A stretch of 64,000 bases of DNA, from the NCBI GenBank assembly GCA_963729715.1, contig CAVSPA010000004.1, positions 320,001 through 384,000 on the forward strand, given 5' to 3'. The notes below the pieces were generated by a model. That model saw only the letters and a list, made by a program, of their open reading frames with translations, was not told the DNA's origin and did not search any database. Made by a program: the position numbers and the translations under genes. The stretch is from an uncultured delta proteobacterium. GTDB taxonomy: Bacteria > Desulfobacterota > Syntrophia > Syntrophales > UBA2185. How positions within the stretch are numbered: the first letter of the stretch is position 1; each line of letters begins with the position of its first letter. Shown here piece by piece: positions 31,016 through 39,780 of this stretch.

Positions 31016-32071
31016 TCAGTATGAGAAAGGCCACAGACGATAAGACTCTTTCAATATCTCCCATCTGTGGCTTATGCCACGCGGTTCAAATACCAGGAAT
31101 AGTATAATGGCGATACCGAACGTCATTTCAACAAGCGATGCCGAAATTTGAGCTCCCATCTCAGGAACAACTGACGTGACCCATGGACCGCAGACGACGC
31201 AGATCTCGCTGAGGGCGCCTATAAAGACGGCTCCGAAAAAGGGGCCCATGGTGTTACCCAGTCCGCCGATAATCAACATCCCTATCTGCCAGATTGAACC
31301 CATGAGTGTGAAATCGTCGGGAGAAATCACGTGAACGTAGAAAGCCCATACGGAGCCGGCAATGCCGGCATAAAAGCAACCTATAAAAAATGCCAGCAAT
31401 TTATATTTGTACAGGCTGATGCCCATGGCTTCAGAAGCAATATCGTTGTCCCGAATGGCGACAAAGGCGCGGCCGAAATGGCTCCGCATAAGACTCTTGG
31501 AAAAGAATGTCATAAGGATGAGCATCATTACTATGAAATAGTAAAAGTGAGTTTCCGTACTCAGTACAAAACTGCCCAACTTTGCCTCCGGGACATTTAG
31601 AGCAATCGCGCCGCCGGTAACATCCGGAAAGGGTGTCTTGATCATGTAGATGATGAGGTACTGTGCGGCGATAGTGGTCAGCGCCAGATAATATCCCTTG
31701 ACCCGAAGTGACGGCAGGCCGAACAGCATCCCTGTGATGCCTGCCCCGAGTCCGCCGCAAGGCAAGCAGAGCCAGAATGGCAGATCGAACTGAGCCGCGA
31801 GAATAGTCGATGTGTACGCACCCACTGCCATGAATGCCGTGTGCCCGATCGATATCTGTCCGCAGTATCCGGTAAGTATGTTCAGTCCCTGGAGGGCAAT
31901 CACCGTTACGGCCGTCGAACTTATGAAAGTGAGCCAGAATTCACTGCCGTACGCAGGCAGGATTAAGAAGAAGAGAATCAATATGACCATTCCCGCGGTA
32001 TAATATCTTGTTCGAAAGATGGTCATATCCTGGATATAGGATGTGTCAAATATGCCGGAGATTCTTCTCAT
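31016..32071 (-). CDS. HAAT ABC permease (LivM-like)
   Basis: GLNILTGYCGQISIGH, GRAFVAIRDN, IIGGLG. Confidence 0.95.
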   Translation of the reverse strand: MRRISGIFDTSYIQDMTIFRTRYYTAGMVILILFFLILPAYGSEFWLTFISSTAVTVIALQGLNILTGYCGQISIGHTAFMAVGAYTSTILAAQFDLPFWLCLPCGGLGAGITGMLFGLPSLRVKGYYLALTTIAAQYLIIYMIKTPFPDVTGGAIALNVPEAKLGSFVLSTETHFYYFIVMMLILMTFFSKSLMRSHFGRAFVAIRDNDIASEAMGISLYKYKLLAFFIGCFYAGIAGSVWAFYVHVISPDDFTLMGSIWQIGMLIIGGLGNTMGPFFGAVFIGALSEICVVCGPWVTSVVPEMGAQISASLVEMTFGIAIILFLVFEPRGISHRWEILKESYRLWPFSY

Positions 32072-32075
32072 GACT

Positions 32076-32951
32076 TTAAACCCTCTCTATTTTAACCAGC
32101 CCGAAGAGACCGTATGGTTTGAAAATAAGGACGATTACCATAATGATGAAGGGAATCACTTCTTTCAGTCCGTAACCAACATAGCCGCCTGTGAATGTCT
32201 GTGCGACACCTATGATCAAGCCCCCAAATATCGCCCCCTTAAATGACTCCAGACCTCCGACCAGTGCAGCGGCTATGGCAATCAGGCCGATTTCTGTCAG
32301 TCCGAAATCAATCCCCCTGACATATCCCAGGAGAAACCCGCCGATAGTCGCAACAATGGCTGCAATCGCCCATGATTGAGCGATAGCCCTCGTCACCCTG
32401 ATACCCATGCTCTGCGCGAGTTGATGACTCTCCGCCGCAGCCCTCATGTGGAGACCGGTTCTTGAATAGTTGAAAAACAAGCTCAGGATAACCACTAGGA
32501 TTAATCCAAAAAAGAACATTCCTATGGTGACGTTCGAAATAGGAACGTCGAAAATACTGATTGTTTCTTCGGTAATAAGAGCCGGGTATTTGATGCCGAT
32601 ATTCGTCGACCAAAAGAGCAGGGCCAGGCCCTTTAAGAAAACGCCGATTCCCATTGTAATCATGATCGTGGCCAGGATAGGCTGGCCGATCATAGGTCGA
32701 AGAGGAAAGCGCTCCAATCCATAGCCGGCCAGACCGACGATAGCCATGACCAGAATGACTGCCAGCACCGGATTCATTTCCAGAGGCTCCAGAAAGTACC
32801 ACATGAGAAATGCCCCGAACATGACCATCTCACCCTGAGCAAAATTAAATATCTGAGACGATTTATATATGAGAACAAAACCTACAGCGATCAAGCCATA
32901 AATGAAGCCGACGGAAATACCGGTAACAAGAAGTTGAATGAACGTAATCAT
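32076..32951 (-). CDS. HAAT ABC permease (LivH-like)
   Basis: NFAQGE, GLHMRA, KPYGLFG. Confidence 0.95.
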   Translation of the reverse strand: MITFIQLLVTGISVGFIYGLIAVGFVLIYKSSQIFNFAQGEMVMFGAFLMWYFLEPLEMNPVLAVILVMAIVGLAGYGLERFPLRPMIGQPILATIMITMGIGVFLKGLALLFWSTNIGIKYPALITEETISIFDVPISNVTIGMFFFGLILVVILSLFFNYSRTGLHMRAAAESHQLAQSMGIRVTRAIAQSWAIAAIVATIGGFLLGYVRGIDFGLTEIGLIAIAAALVGGLESFKGAIFGGLIIGVAQTFTGGYVGYGLKEVIPFIIMVIVLIFKPYGLFGLVKIERV

Positions 32952-34852
32952 GCCTTTTCCTCCTCGGGCGTCCAGATCAATATATGAGTTTTCATGGTCG
33001 CCTGCCTGCCGTCCTGATATTTAACCTGCGTTTCAACATCGATCCCGGGCTCCACGCCGTATATTGCTTCCACCAGTTCCTTGTAGCGGTCCTCCATGAA
33101 TCCCCTTCTGATTTTTCTCGTACGCGTCAACTCCTCCTCGTCGGGATCAAATTCCTTGTGCAGGAGTACGAATTTTTTCACTTTTGTCTCGTTGGAAAAT
33201 CCTTCGTTCACCCGTCGAATATCCTTCGCGATGAGACCGGCAACTTCCTTCTTCTGTGAAAGATCAGCGAAGGTCGTATAATTGATGTGATGCTCCTCCG
33301 CCCACTTGCCGACATTATCAAAATCGATGATGATGATGATCGCGATGAACTCTCTCTTCTCGCCGAGAGACATCGCATCTTTGATGTAGGGACTGAACCG
33401 CAGTCGACCTTCGATATACTGGGGAGCATACCTTGTCCCGTTCGTAAGGGTGCTCATGTCGCTTAAGCGGTCCAGAAACACCAGGTGACCATTCTTATCA
33501 ATAAAACCGGAATCTCCTGTGTGAACCCATCCGTCCACAAGAGTCTCCTCGGTCTTCTTGTCATTTCTGAAGTACCCGGAAAATATCTGAGGACCCCTGA
33601 CCAGAATTTCTTGCTCTGCAGATATCTTGACCTCAGCAGAGGGTGAGATATTACCCAATGTTTCAAAAAATATTTCGTCAGAGCGATGTCCCGCAACAAA
33701 ACCTGCTTCCGTACTCCCGTATATCTGCTTCAGGCGCACGCCCAGAGCACTCCAAAAGCGGAAGGTGTCAACGCTCATTGCTGCGCTGCCGGTTGCGGCA
33801 ATTTTACAGTTTCTAAGACCGAAATTTTCCCTTAAGGGATAAAAGATGAGCAGATCGGCAATCTTGATGAGAAGTCGCCAAAGAAGATCACCTTTCAGTT
33901 CCTTCTCCATGAAATCGACCCTCTTGTAACCCACCTTGAGAAACAGTTTATAAAGCAATCTGTTGAGGTAGGCTGCCTCACTTATTCTGACCTGTATGGT
34001 TCTTGCCATATCCTCCCACTGCCTTGGTCCGTAGAGCACAAAAGTGGGACCGATCTCTCTCATATCCTCCCGCACTGTCTCGGGCTCCTCTGCAAAATTA
34101 AGGATGACCCCTCCCACAATATGCGCCGCTGTGGCGATCATGCCTTCTCCAATCCATGCCGCAGGCAGATATGAAAAAAGGTTATCTGTAACAGTCAACG
34201 GGTTGTATTCAAGAAAGGACTTCCCGGAACTTATCAGGGACCGGTGCGACACCATCCCTGCCTTTTGCTCACCGGAGGTGCCGGAGGTGTAATACAACGC
34301 CGCCACGTCATCGGCTGAACCCATGTTGAGATTTTTCTCAAAGGCTGCAGGATGACTCTTTTCGTAGGATTTTCCCAGTTCAATGGCTTCAGTATAGGAC
34401 ATTAGAAGGGGATCATGATAATTTCTTAAGCCTTTCGGGTCCCAATAGATGACTTTTTTCAGACGCGGAATTGTATCTCTGATCTCCAGAAACTTATCAA
34501 CCTGCTCCTGATCATTCGCAACTACGATGATGGATTCCGAATGACTGAACATAAATTCAACCTGGGAGGGCACCATATCGGTGTAGATCCCGACCAGTAT
34601 CCCCCCGGCAGCCTGCGCAGCTAATTCTGCCCAGAACCACTCGGGCTCATTTTCTCCTATGATGGCAACCTTATCGCCACGCTGGAGTCCAAGCTCAAGA
34701 AAACATAATGACAGATAGCGCACATTCTCGTAGGCATTCCGCCAGGTATATTCTTTCCATATCCCAAAATCCTTTTTCCGCATGGCCACGCTGTCGGGCA
34801 TCTTTTCATACTGGCTTACAAGAAGTTTAGGAAAGGTGTCGTAATCCCTCAT
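32948..34852 (-). CDS. Long-chain acyl-CoA synthetase
   Basis: YTSGTSG, YGSTE, HTGD, ELTRTRKIRR. Confidence 0.9.
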   Translation of the reverse strand: MRDYDTFPKLLVSQYEKMPDSVAMRKKDFGIWKEYTWRNAYENVRYLSLCFLELGLQRGDKVAIIGENEPEWFWAELAAQAAGGILVGIYTDMVPSQVEFMFSHSESIIVVANDQEQVDKFLEIRDTIPRLKKVIYWDPKGLRNYHDPLLMSYTEAIELGKSYEKSHPAAFEKNLNMGSADDVAALYYTSGTSGEQKAGMVSHRSLISSGKSFLEYNPLTVTDNLFSYLPAAWIGEGMIATAAHIVGGVILNFAEEPETVREDMREIGPTFVLYGPRQWEDMARTIQVRISEAAYLNRLLYKLFLKVGYKRVDFMEKELKGDLLWRLLIKIADLLIFYPLRENFGLRNCKIAATGSAAMSVDTFRFWSALGVRLKQIYGSTEAGFVAGHRSDEIFFETLGNISPSAEVKISAEQEILVRGPQIFSGYFRNDKKTEETLVDGWVHTGDSGFIDKNGHLVFLDRLSDMSTLTNGTRYAPQYIEGRLRFSPYIKDAMSLGEKREFIAIIIIIDFDNVGKWAEEHHINYTTFADLSQKKEVAGLIAKDIRRVNEGFSNETKVKKFVLLHKEFDPDEEELTRTRKIRRGFMEDRYKELVEAIYGVEPGIDVETQVKYQDGRQATMKTHILIWTPEEEKA

Positions 34853-34877
34853 GCTTCCTTAATCCCCCTCAAAATAT

Positions 34878-35636
34878 TTACTGTCCCAAATAAGCATTGA
34901 TAACTTTTTCACTGTGCATGATCTCTTCCGGTACTCCTTCGTCAATCTTCTTGCCAAAATCCAAGACAATGACTCGATCGGAAATATCCATCACGACTCC
35001 CATGTCGTGTGATATCAGTATTATAGGGATCTTTTTCTCTTCGAAGATGTCCACGACGAAACGAGCCATGTCTTCCTTTTCCTCAATGTTCATCCCCGAC
35101 ATGGGCTCGTCGAGCAACAGGAGCTTCGGCTCTATAGCCAGAGCCCGCCCCAGCTCTATTCTTTTTCTCATTCCATAAGGCAGGGAGCCGACAATTTTCT
35201 TTCTGGCCGGCTTGATCTCGAGGAAATCTATTATCTCTTCTACGACTTCTCTATGACAGACTTCTTCACGGAGAGCCTTGCCGTAGTAAAGCGCTGTATG
35301 CATTACACCAGTATCAAAATGAACATGACGGGCTGCCAAGATATTGTCCAACGCGGTCAAGCCGTTGAACAATTCAACGTTCTGGAATGTTCGAGCTATT
35401 CCCATTTGTGTTCTCTTGTAAATCGGCACATTTCTCAGTGTTTTGCCGTCAAAAGAAAGAGAACCCTGTTGCGGTCTGTAATACCCGCTGATGCAATTTA
35501 AGAGTGATGTTTTGCCAGCCCCATTTGGTCCTATGATCGAGAGAATTTCATTCCTTTCAAGCCCAACACTCACACCATCAAGTGCTTTCAAATCACCAAA
35601 ACTCAGACTAATATTCTCAATTATAAGCTGCGGCAT
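34878..35636 (-). CDS. HAAT ABC ATP-binding subunit (LivG-like)
   Basis: GPNGAGKT, ARTFQN, LLLDEP. Confidence 0.95.
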   Translation of the reverse strand: MPQLIIENISLSFGDLKALDGVSVGLERNEILSIIGPNGAGKTSLLNCISGYYRPQQGSLSFDGKTLRNVPIYKRTQMGIARTFQNVELFNGLTALDNILAARHVHFDTGVMHTALYYGKALREEVCHREVVEEIIDFLEIKPARKKIVGSLPYGMRKRIELGRALAIEPKLLLLDEPMSGMNIEEKEDMARFVVDIFEEKKIPIILISHDMGVVMDISDRVIVLDFGKKIDEGVPEEIMHSEKVINAYLGQ

Positions 35637-35638
35637 TG

Positions 35639-36247
35639 TTAAACCCTTCCCCCATCTTCTTTATCCAGTATTCCATGAAATATTATATCCACCATCTGAT
35701 CAATGGCGTCACTCTCGGAAAGAGAACCATTTGAATCAAACCAGTAGCCCATCCAGTGCGTCATGGAGATGATCTGAAACGATATTAAATTGATGTCTAT
35801 CCTAGTATTGAGATCTCTGATATCCTGGAGCTTACTTCTCAAGATGTGAAAGATTGCTCTCTCCTTCTCTACGAGTTTATTTCTCTCCTTTGCTGTTAGC
35901 TGGTGACGGTCCCGAAGAACTATTAGGCTACTTTTTCTATTTCTCAACAGGCATTTCGCATATGTTTTGATGAGAGCCTCTGATGATTCCCGCGGATTCA
36001 TTTTTTTCTCCTCAGCCGTTCTGAGGCACTCCCTTAATGCATTAATCACGCTGTCTGCATAAGTCAGCAACACATAGGATAATATGTCTCCTTTGGATTT
36101 GAAATAATGGTAAATTCCGGCCTTGCTTATTTTTCCTTTGCCCGAGATATCCTGCAGGGATGCGACTTTATAACCTTTGGCAACGAATACATCACGCGCT
36201 ATCTTTCCGATGTATTCCCTTTTTTGGTCGATACTCTTTGCAGACAT
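35639..36247 (-). CDS. TetR/AcrR family regulator
   Basis: Likely start 36247; FVAKGY...SKAGIYHYFKSK HTH. Confidence 0.9.
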   Translation of the reverse strand: MSAKSIDQKREYIGKIARDVFVAKGYKVASLQDISGKGKISKAGIYHYFKSKGDILSYVLLTYADSVINALRECLRTAEEKKMNPRESSEALIKTYAKCLLRNRKSSLIVLRDRHQLTAKERNKLVEKERAIFHILRSKLQDIRDLNTRIDINLISFQIISMTHWMGYWFDSNGSLSESDAIDQMVDIIFHGILDKEDGGRV

Positions 36248-36325
36248 TGCCGATTGGTTTCCCTTAGTGCAAAAAGCTTCTTTTTGAGAACAATTCTTAT
36301 TGGAGGAGCCTAATATTGAGAACCG

Positions 36326-36394
36326 CTGATCGGTCAGTTCTTCGACCGTCCGGCCGGTCGTTTTTTCTGTACTCGCATTTAAGCGTCCTGTCAA
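36326..36394 (-). promoter_or_regulatory. Sigma70-like promoter with putative TetR operators
   Basis: TTGACA (36394-36389)-N17-TACAGA, then palindrome CGACCG-N6-CGGTCG (36343-36360) and CTGA-N4-TCAG (36326-36337). Confidence 0.55.
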
Positions 36395-36947
36395 GGTCTT
36401 TCTCTCCTTTTTTGCATTTTTTCAATCAACTTCATGTCGTCCAGAGTGAGACCCGCCTGCTTCATGGCCTTTTGAATCGTATAAGCCGGAATGACGGCCA
36501 TCTCACGGGGAGTAGTAGCCGAAGCCACTACGGAAACTATTGATGCCATGGGCTTTAGACCTTTATCTTTCGCCTTCTTGGCGGTCATGATAAGAATCGA
36601 GCTAGCCCCGGCACTTATAGTGGGAGCATTTCCCGGTGTCACGGTGGGGCTGCCGTATACGGGTTAAATTTAGCGAAAGCTTCCATGCTAGTCCTCTTCG
36701 GAGATTCATCTTTTTCGATAACGATAGGATCACCTTTCTTTTGCGGAATCACGACCGGCATGAGTTCCTCGCCGATCTTGAACTTCCCTTCCGCAAAGGC
36801 CTTTACGTACCTCTCCTGGCTCCCGAGAGCCCAGGCATCCTGCATCTCCCTTGTCACGCCGTATTTCACTACAACTTCTCCCGCATCTTTAGCAAGGGCG
36901 TTGAATCCCTTTGCCGTGTAGCCGAGCTCAAAGAGATTACGGCGACA
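36391..36947 (-). pseudogene. Internal thiolase fragment
   Basis: KYGVTREMQDAWALGSQ...DESP then a 1-nt frameshift near 36660 into TPGNAP...DLIE-like segment; both ends missing. Confidence 0.85.
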
Positions 36948-37318
36948 CTAGAGGCCCGATGGCAGACTTTAAATATCAGCTCACCCACGAAGTGCTGGAG
37001 GCCAAATTCGTGATCCTGATGATTGAAAGCATCCATCAATTTGGCAGTGCACACTTCCTTTTAAACTCTAAGCCTTATGGAATATGGCCAATGGAAAGCA
37101 CATATTGCAAAGTACGAGCCTTTCCGCTAAATTAATACTTATGATGTATTACGTGATAGATATTCATTGAAATCGAGATGATCGCTTATCCCTTGGGAGT
37201 GATTAGAAATATCATTTAATGGTTCCAGTGTTTCCCTGCCCTCGCCACATATATAAATGATAGCATCTTTTCCCGGTTGTGATGAATTTTGCCCAATCCA
37301 TTCTCATTTTTGAGAGAT

Positions 37319-37900
37319 ATGAAAATGTCATTCAGCAAAGGCTATCCCGCTCAATACGAAAGCCGGCTCAAGCTTAAGGACGGGAGAGAGGTATTTGTCA
37401 GGCCTGTTCTACAGACTGACAGAGATCTTCTTGTCGATTTGTTCAATAAACTTTCCGTCGAGTCCATACGCCTGCGTTTTATGAGGCTACTCCCGGCCCT
37501 GCCGGAAGAGATGCTTTTCCAATTCACACACGTCAACTATGATACTGAATTTGCCCTTGTGGCTGTGATCCCGGAGTATGGATTGCCGCTCGGAGGACCG
37601 AAGGAAAAGCTGCTCGGGACACACAAAGAAGGGATTATTGCTGTAGCCCGCTATGCTTTTGATCCTCAAGCTAATGGCACTGATTTCGCTGTTGCGGTCC
37701 GTGATGACTGGCAGAATAGGGGCCTCGGCAAATTATTATTGGGGAAGCTCTTTGCCATCGGCAAAGAGCACGGTATTTCGCGTTTCGTGAGTGTGATTAG
37801 TCCCCAGAATAATATCATCAGACAGACCCTTGCAGGACTCGGGTACGAGGTTACGTATTCTTGGCAAGATGGAATCTTTCAAGTTCAGGTTCTCGCCTGA
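37319..37900 (+). CDS. GNAT-family acetyltransferase (similar to the GNAT domain of Pat)
   Basis: LKDGREVFVRP, AVARY, VRDDWQNRGLG. Confidence 0.85.
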   Translation: MKMSFSKGYPAQYESRLKLKDGREVFVRPVLQTDRDLLVDLFNKLSVESIRLRFMRLLPALPEEMLFQFTHVNYDTEFALVAVIPEYGLPLGGPKEKLLGTHKEGIIAVARYAFDPQANGTDFAVAVRDDWQNRGLGKLLLGKLFAIGKEHGISRFVSVISPQNNIIRQTLAGLGYEVTYSWQDGIFQVQVLA

Positions 37901-37915
37901 GATCCGAGTAAATCT

Positions 37916-38508
37916 CCATATTTGTCGGTGCGCCTGTTGGTGAGCGGTGATGCAAACTGCGCTATCGGATAACCGGCAGAACCAAGGATATGGATCAAAT
38001 CGAATCCCCCTTCTATGGCCCTCCGCCTCCTCAACCTCGGCGGTCGTAATGGGACGCGGTCTTTGCTTTCCTGCCCTCGTCGCAACATCAGAAGGACCGA
38101 TATATTCAAACGGCCCGCCGCGCTTCTTGGCATAATTCTCCTCAAACGCGAGCTCTACGCCCACCTTCGCGCCATAGGCATGACATGCATCCGTAAGTTT
38201 ACGGATCCCAGGAATGAACTTGTCATCATACATTCCGATCCCGAGGGGGTTGTGGGGATAGTTCACGGTAAAGTACCCTATATTTATTAAACCTACGCCT
38301 CCCTTTGCACGCTCCTCATAAAACTTAATCATGCGGTCGGTAACATAATCGTCAATACCGAAATTGTCCGTGACAGGGGCAAATTCCACCCGGTTCTTGA
38401 GCTCCATCCTTCCTATCTTGATAGGACTGAGAAGATGCTTTAACTTTGGCATATATGACATTGACCTCCTAAGTTTTCTTGTTTATGCTCGTTCACAACC
38501 GTGGCTTG
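37916..38508 (-). pseudogene. Truncated, frameshifted duplicate of OYE gene 5' region (about 26570-27186)
   Basis: Near-identical DNA including the 5' UTR; 26-bp internal deletion near 38026. Confidence 0.95.
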
Positions 38509-38510
38509 GA

Positions 38511-38615
38511 ATGCTTAAGGCTAACATACCAAAGATAGAGATTACAAAGAAATTGGGAATAGCGAGAAGCACACTATATCGAAAATTGAATGGAATCCAA
38601 AATTATGCGCAATAG
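38511..38615 (+). pseudogene. Orphan Fis-HTH fragment of a sigma54 activator paralog
   Basis: MLKANIPKIEITKKLGIARSTLYRKLN vs MIKSNMPKREIAKKLGIARSTLYRKLN at the end of 20426-22381. Confidence 0.8.
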
Positions 38616-38735
38616 TAAATATCTAAGCATGCACTAAGGGGAGTTGTGCAAAGAGCCATCATAAATGAATCGCTTTGCATTTATTGATGTGGCTTGCGTC
38701 ATGCTACATTTCATCAGCGTGGAATCGGTAAAAAG

Positions 38736-39641
38736 ATGGAAGAGACAAGGTTCGGCAATATAGTTTTTGTTCCGGGGACAGGTGGCGGAAGATATCCCTT
38801 TTGCAATTCTTTGTATATCGATGACGAGAAAAGGGCGATCATCGATCCTGCTTCGGACGAAACATTCCTAAAGAAGCTCGCCGGAGAAAAACGGGTCGAT
38901 ATAATAATTAATTCCCATTACCACGAGGATCATATCGCCTTTAATCACCTCTTTCCGCAAGCAGAGCTTTACGTGCACGAGGCAATAGGCGCCTGCTTCA
39001 AGTCTTATAGTTTATTTCTCGACTACTGCGGATTGCTCGGTTCCAAATACAGGGCGGAGTGGGACGATCTTTTTCTTAATAAATTTCATTTCGAGGAGCG
39101 CGCACCCTCTCTCGAGTTTGCGGACGGGGATCTTCTAATTTTCGGCGATACAAAGATGCGGGTTATCCATACCCCCGGCCACACCGCCGGACATTGCAGT
39201 TTTCATTTTCCCGATCAGGGAATACTATTCCTGGGGGATCTCGACCTTTCCCGCTTCGGTCCTTGGTACGGCGACAGGGTCTCGGACATTGATCAGACCA
39301 TACAATCCATGCGCAGATTATTGGAAATCCCCGCACACATCTATATCACCTCGCACGAAACGGGTATAATCAGGGGCGATATTACAGAGCTCGTCGAAGC
39401 GTATCTTAATGTTATTACGCAGAGGGAAGAAAGGTTATTGGAATTCCTCGAAAGGCCGAGAACTGCAGATGAGATTGTCGAGAGGTGGATCATTTTCAAA
39501 AGAGAGCTTCGCCCGCGCTATTTTTTCGAGTTCGCCGAACGGGGAATGATAGTAAAGCACCTCGAGCGATTAATCAGAAATGGCAATGTCGTGACCAAAG
39601 AAGGTAAATTCAATCTGATCTCATCTCCTGACAAAATATGA
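38736..39641 (+). CDS. MBL-fold metallo-hydrolase
   Basis: SHYHEDH, HTPGHTAGH, FLGD, TSH. Confidence 0.9.
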   Translation: MEETRFGNIVFVPGTGGGRYPFCNSLYIDDEKRAIIDPASDETFLKKLAGEKRVDIIINSHYHEDHIAFNHLFPQAELYVHEAIGACFKSYSLFLDYCGLLGSKYRAEWDDLFLNKFHFEERAPSLEFADGDLLIFGDTKMRVIHTPGHTAGHCSFHFPDQGILFLGDLDLSRFGPWYGDRVSDIDQTIQSMRRLLEIPAHIYITSHETGIIRGDITELVEAYLNVITQREERLLEFLERPRTADEIVERWIIFKRELRPRYFFEFAERGMIVKHLERLIRNGNVVTKEGKFNLISSPDKI

Positions 39642-39780
39642 CTGCATCTTCTCATAAAGTGCCTCATTACCAGCTTCGATGCTTAACTTTTCCCAATTTA
39701 CCAGTCGCAAACTTGCCATCGTTCATGTTAACGATGACTTTGAACACTTCCATATCGGAAACCTAAATAGGGAGGCAGCC

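Noticed and set aside
36948..36950. In-frame TAG upstream of the thiolase fragment as a further readthrough case
   Set aside because: It lies at the deletion junction of a fragment that also has a frameshift and lacks both ends
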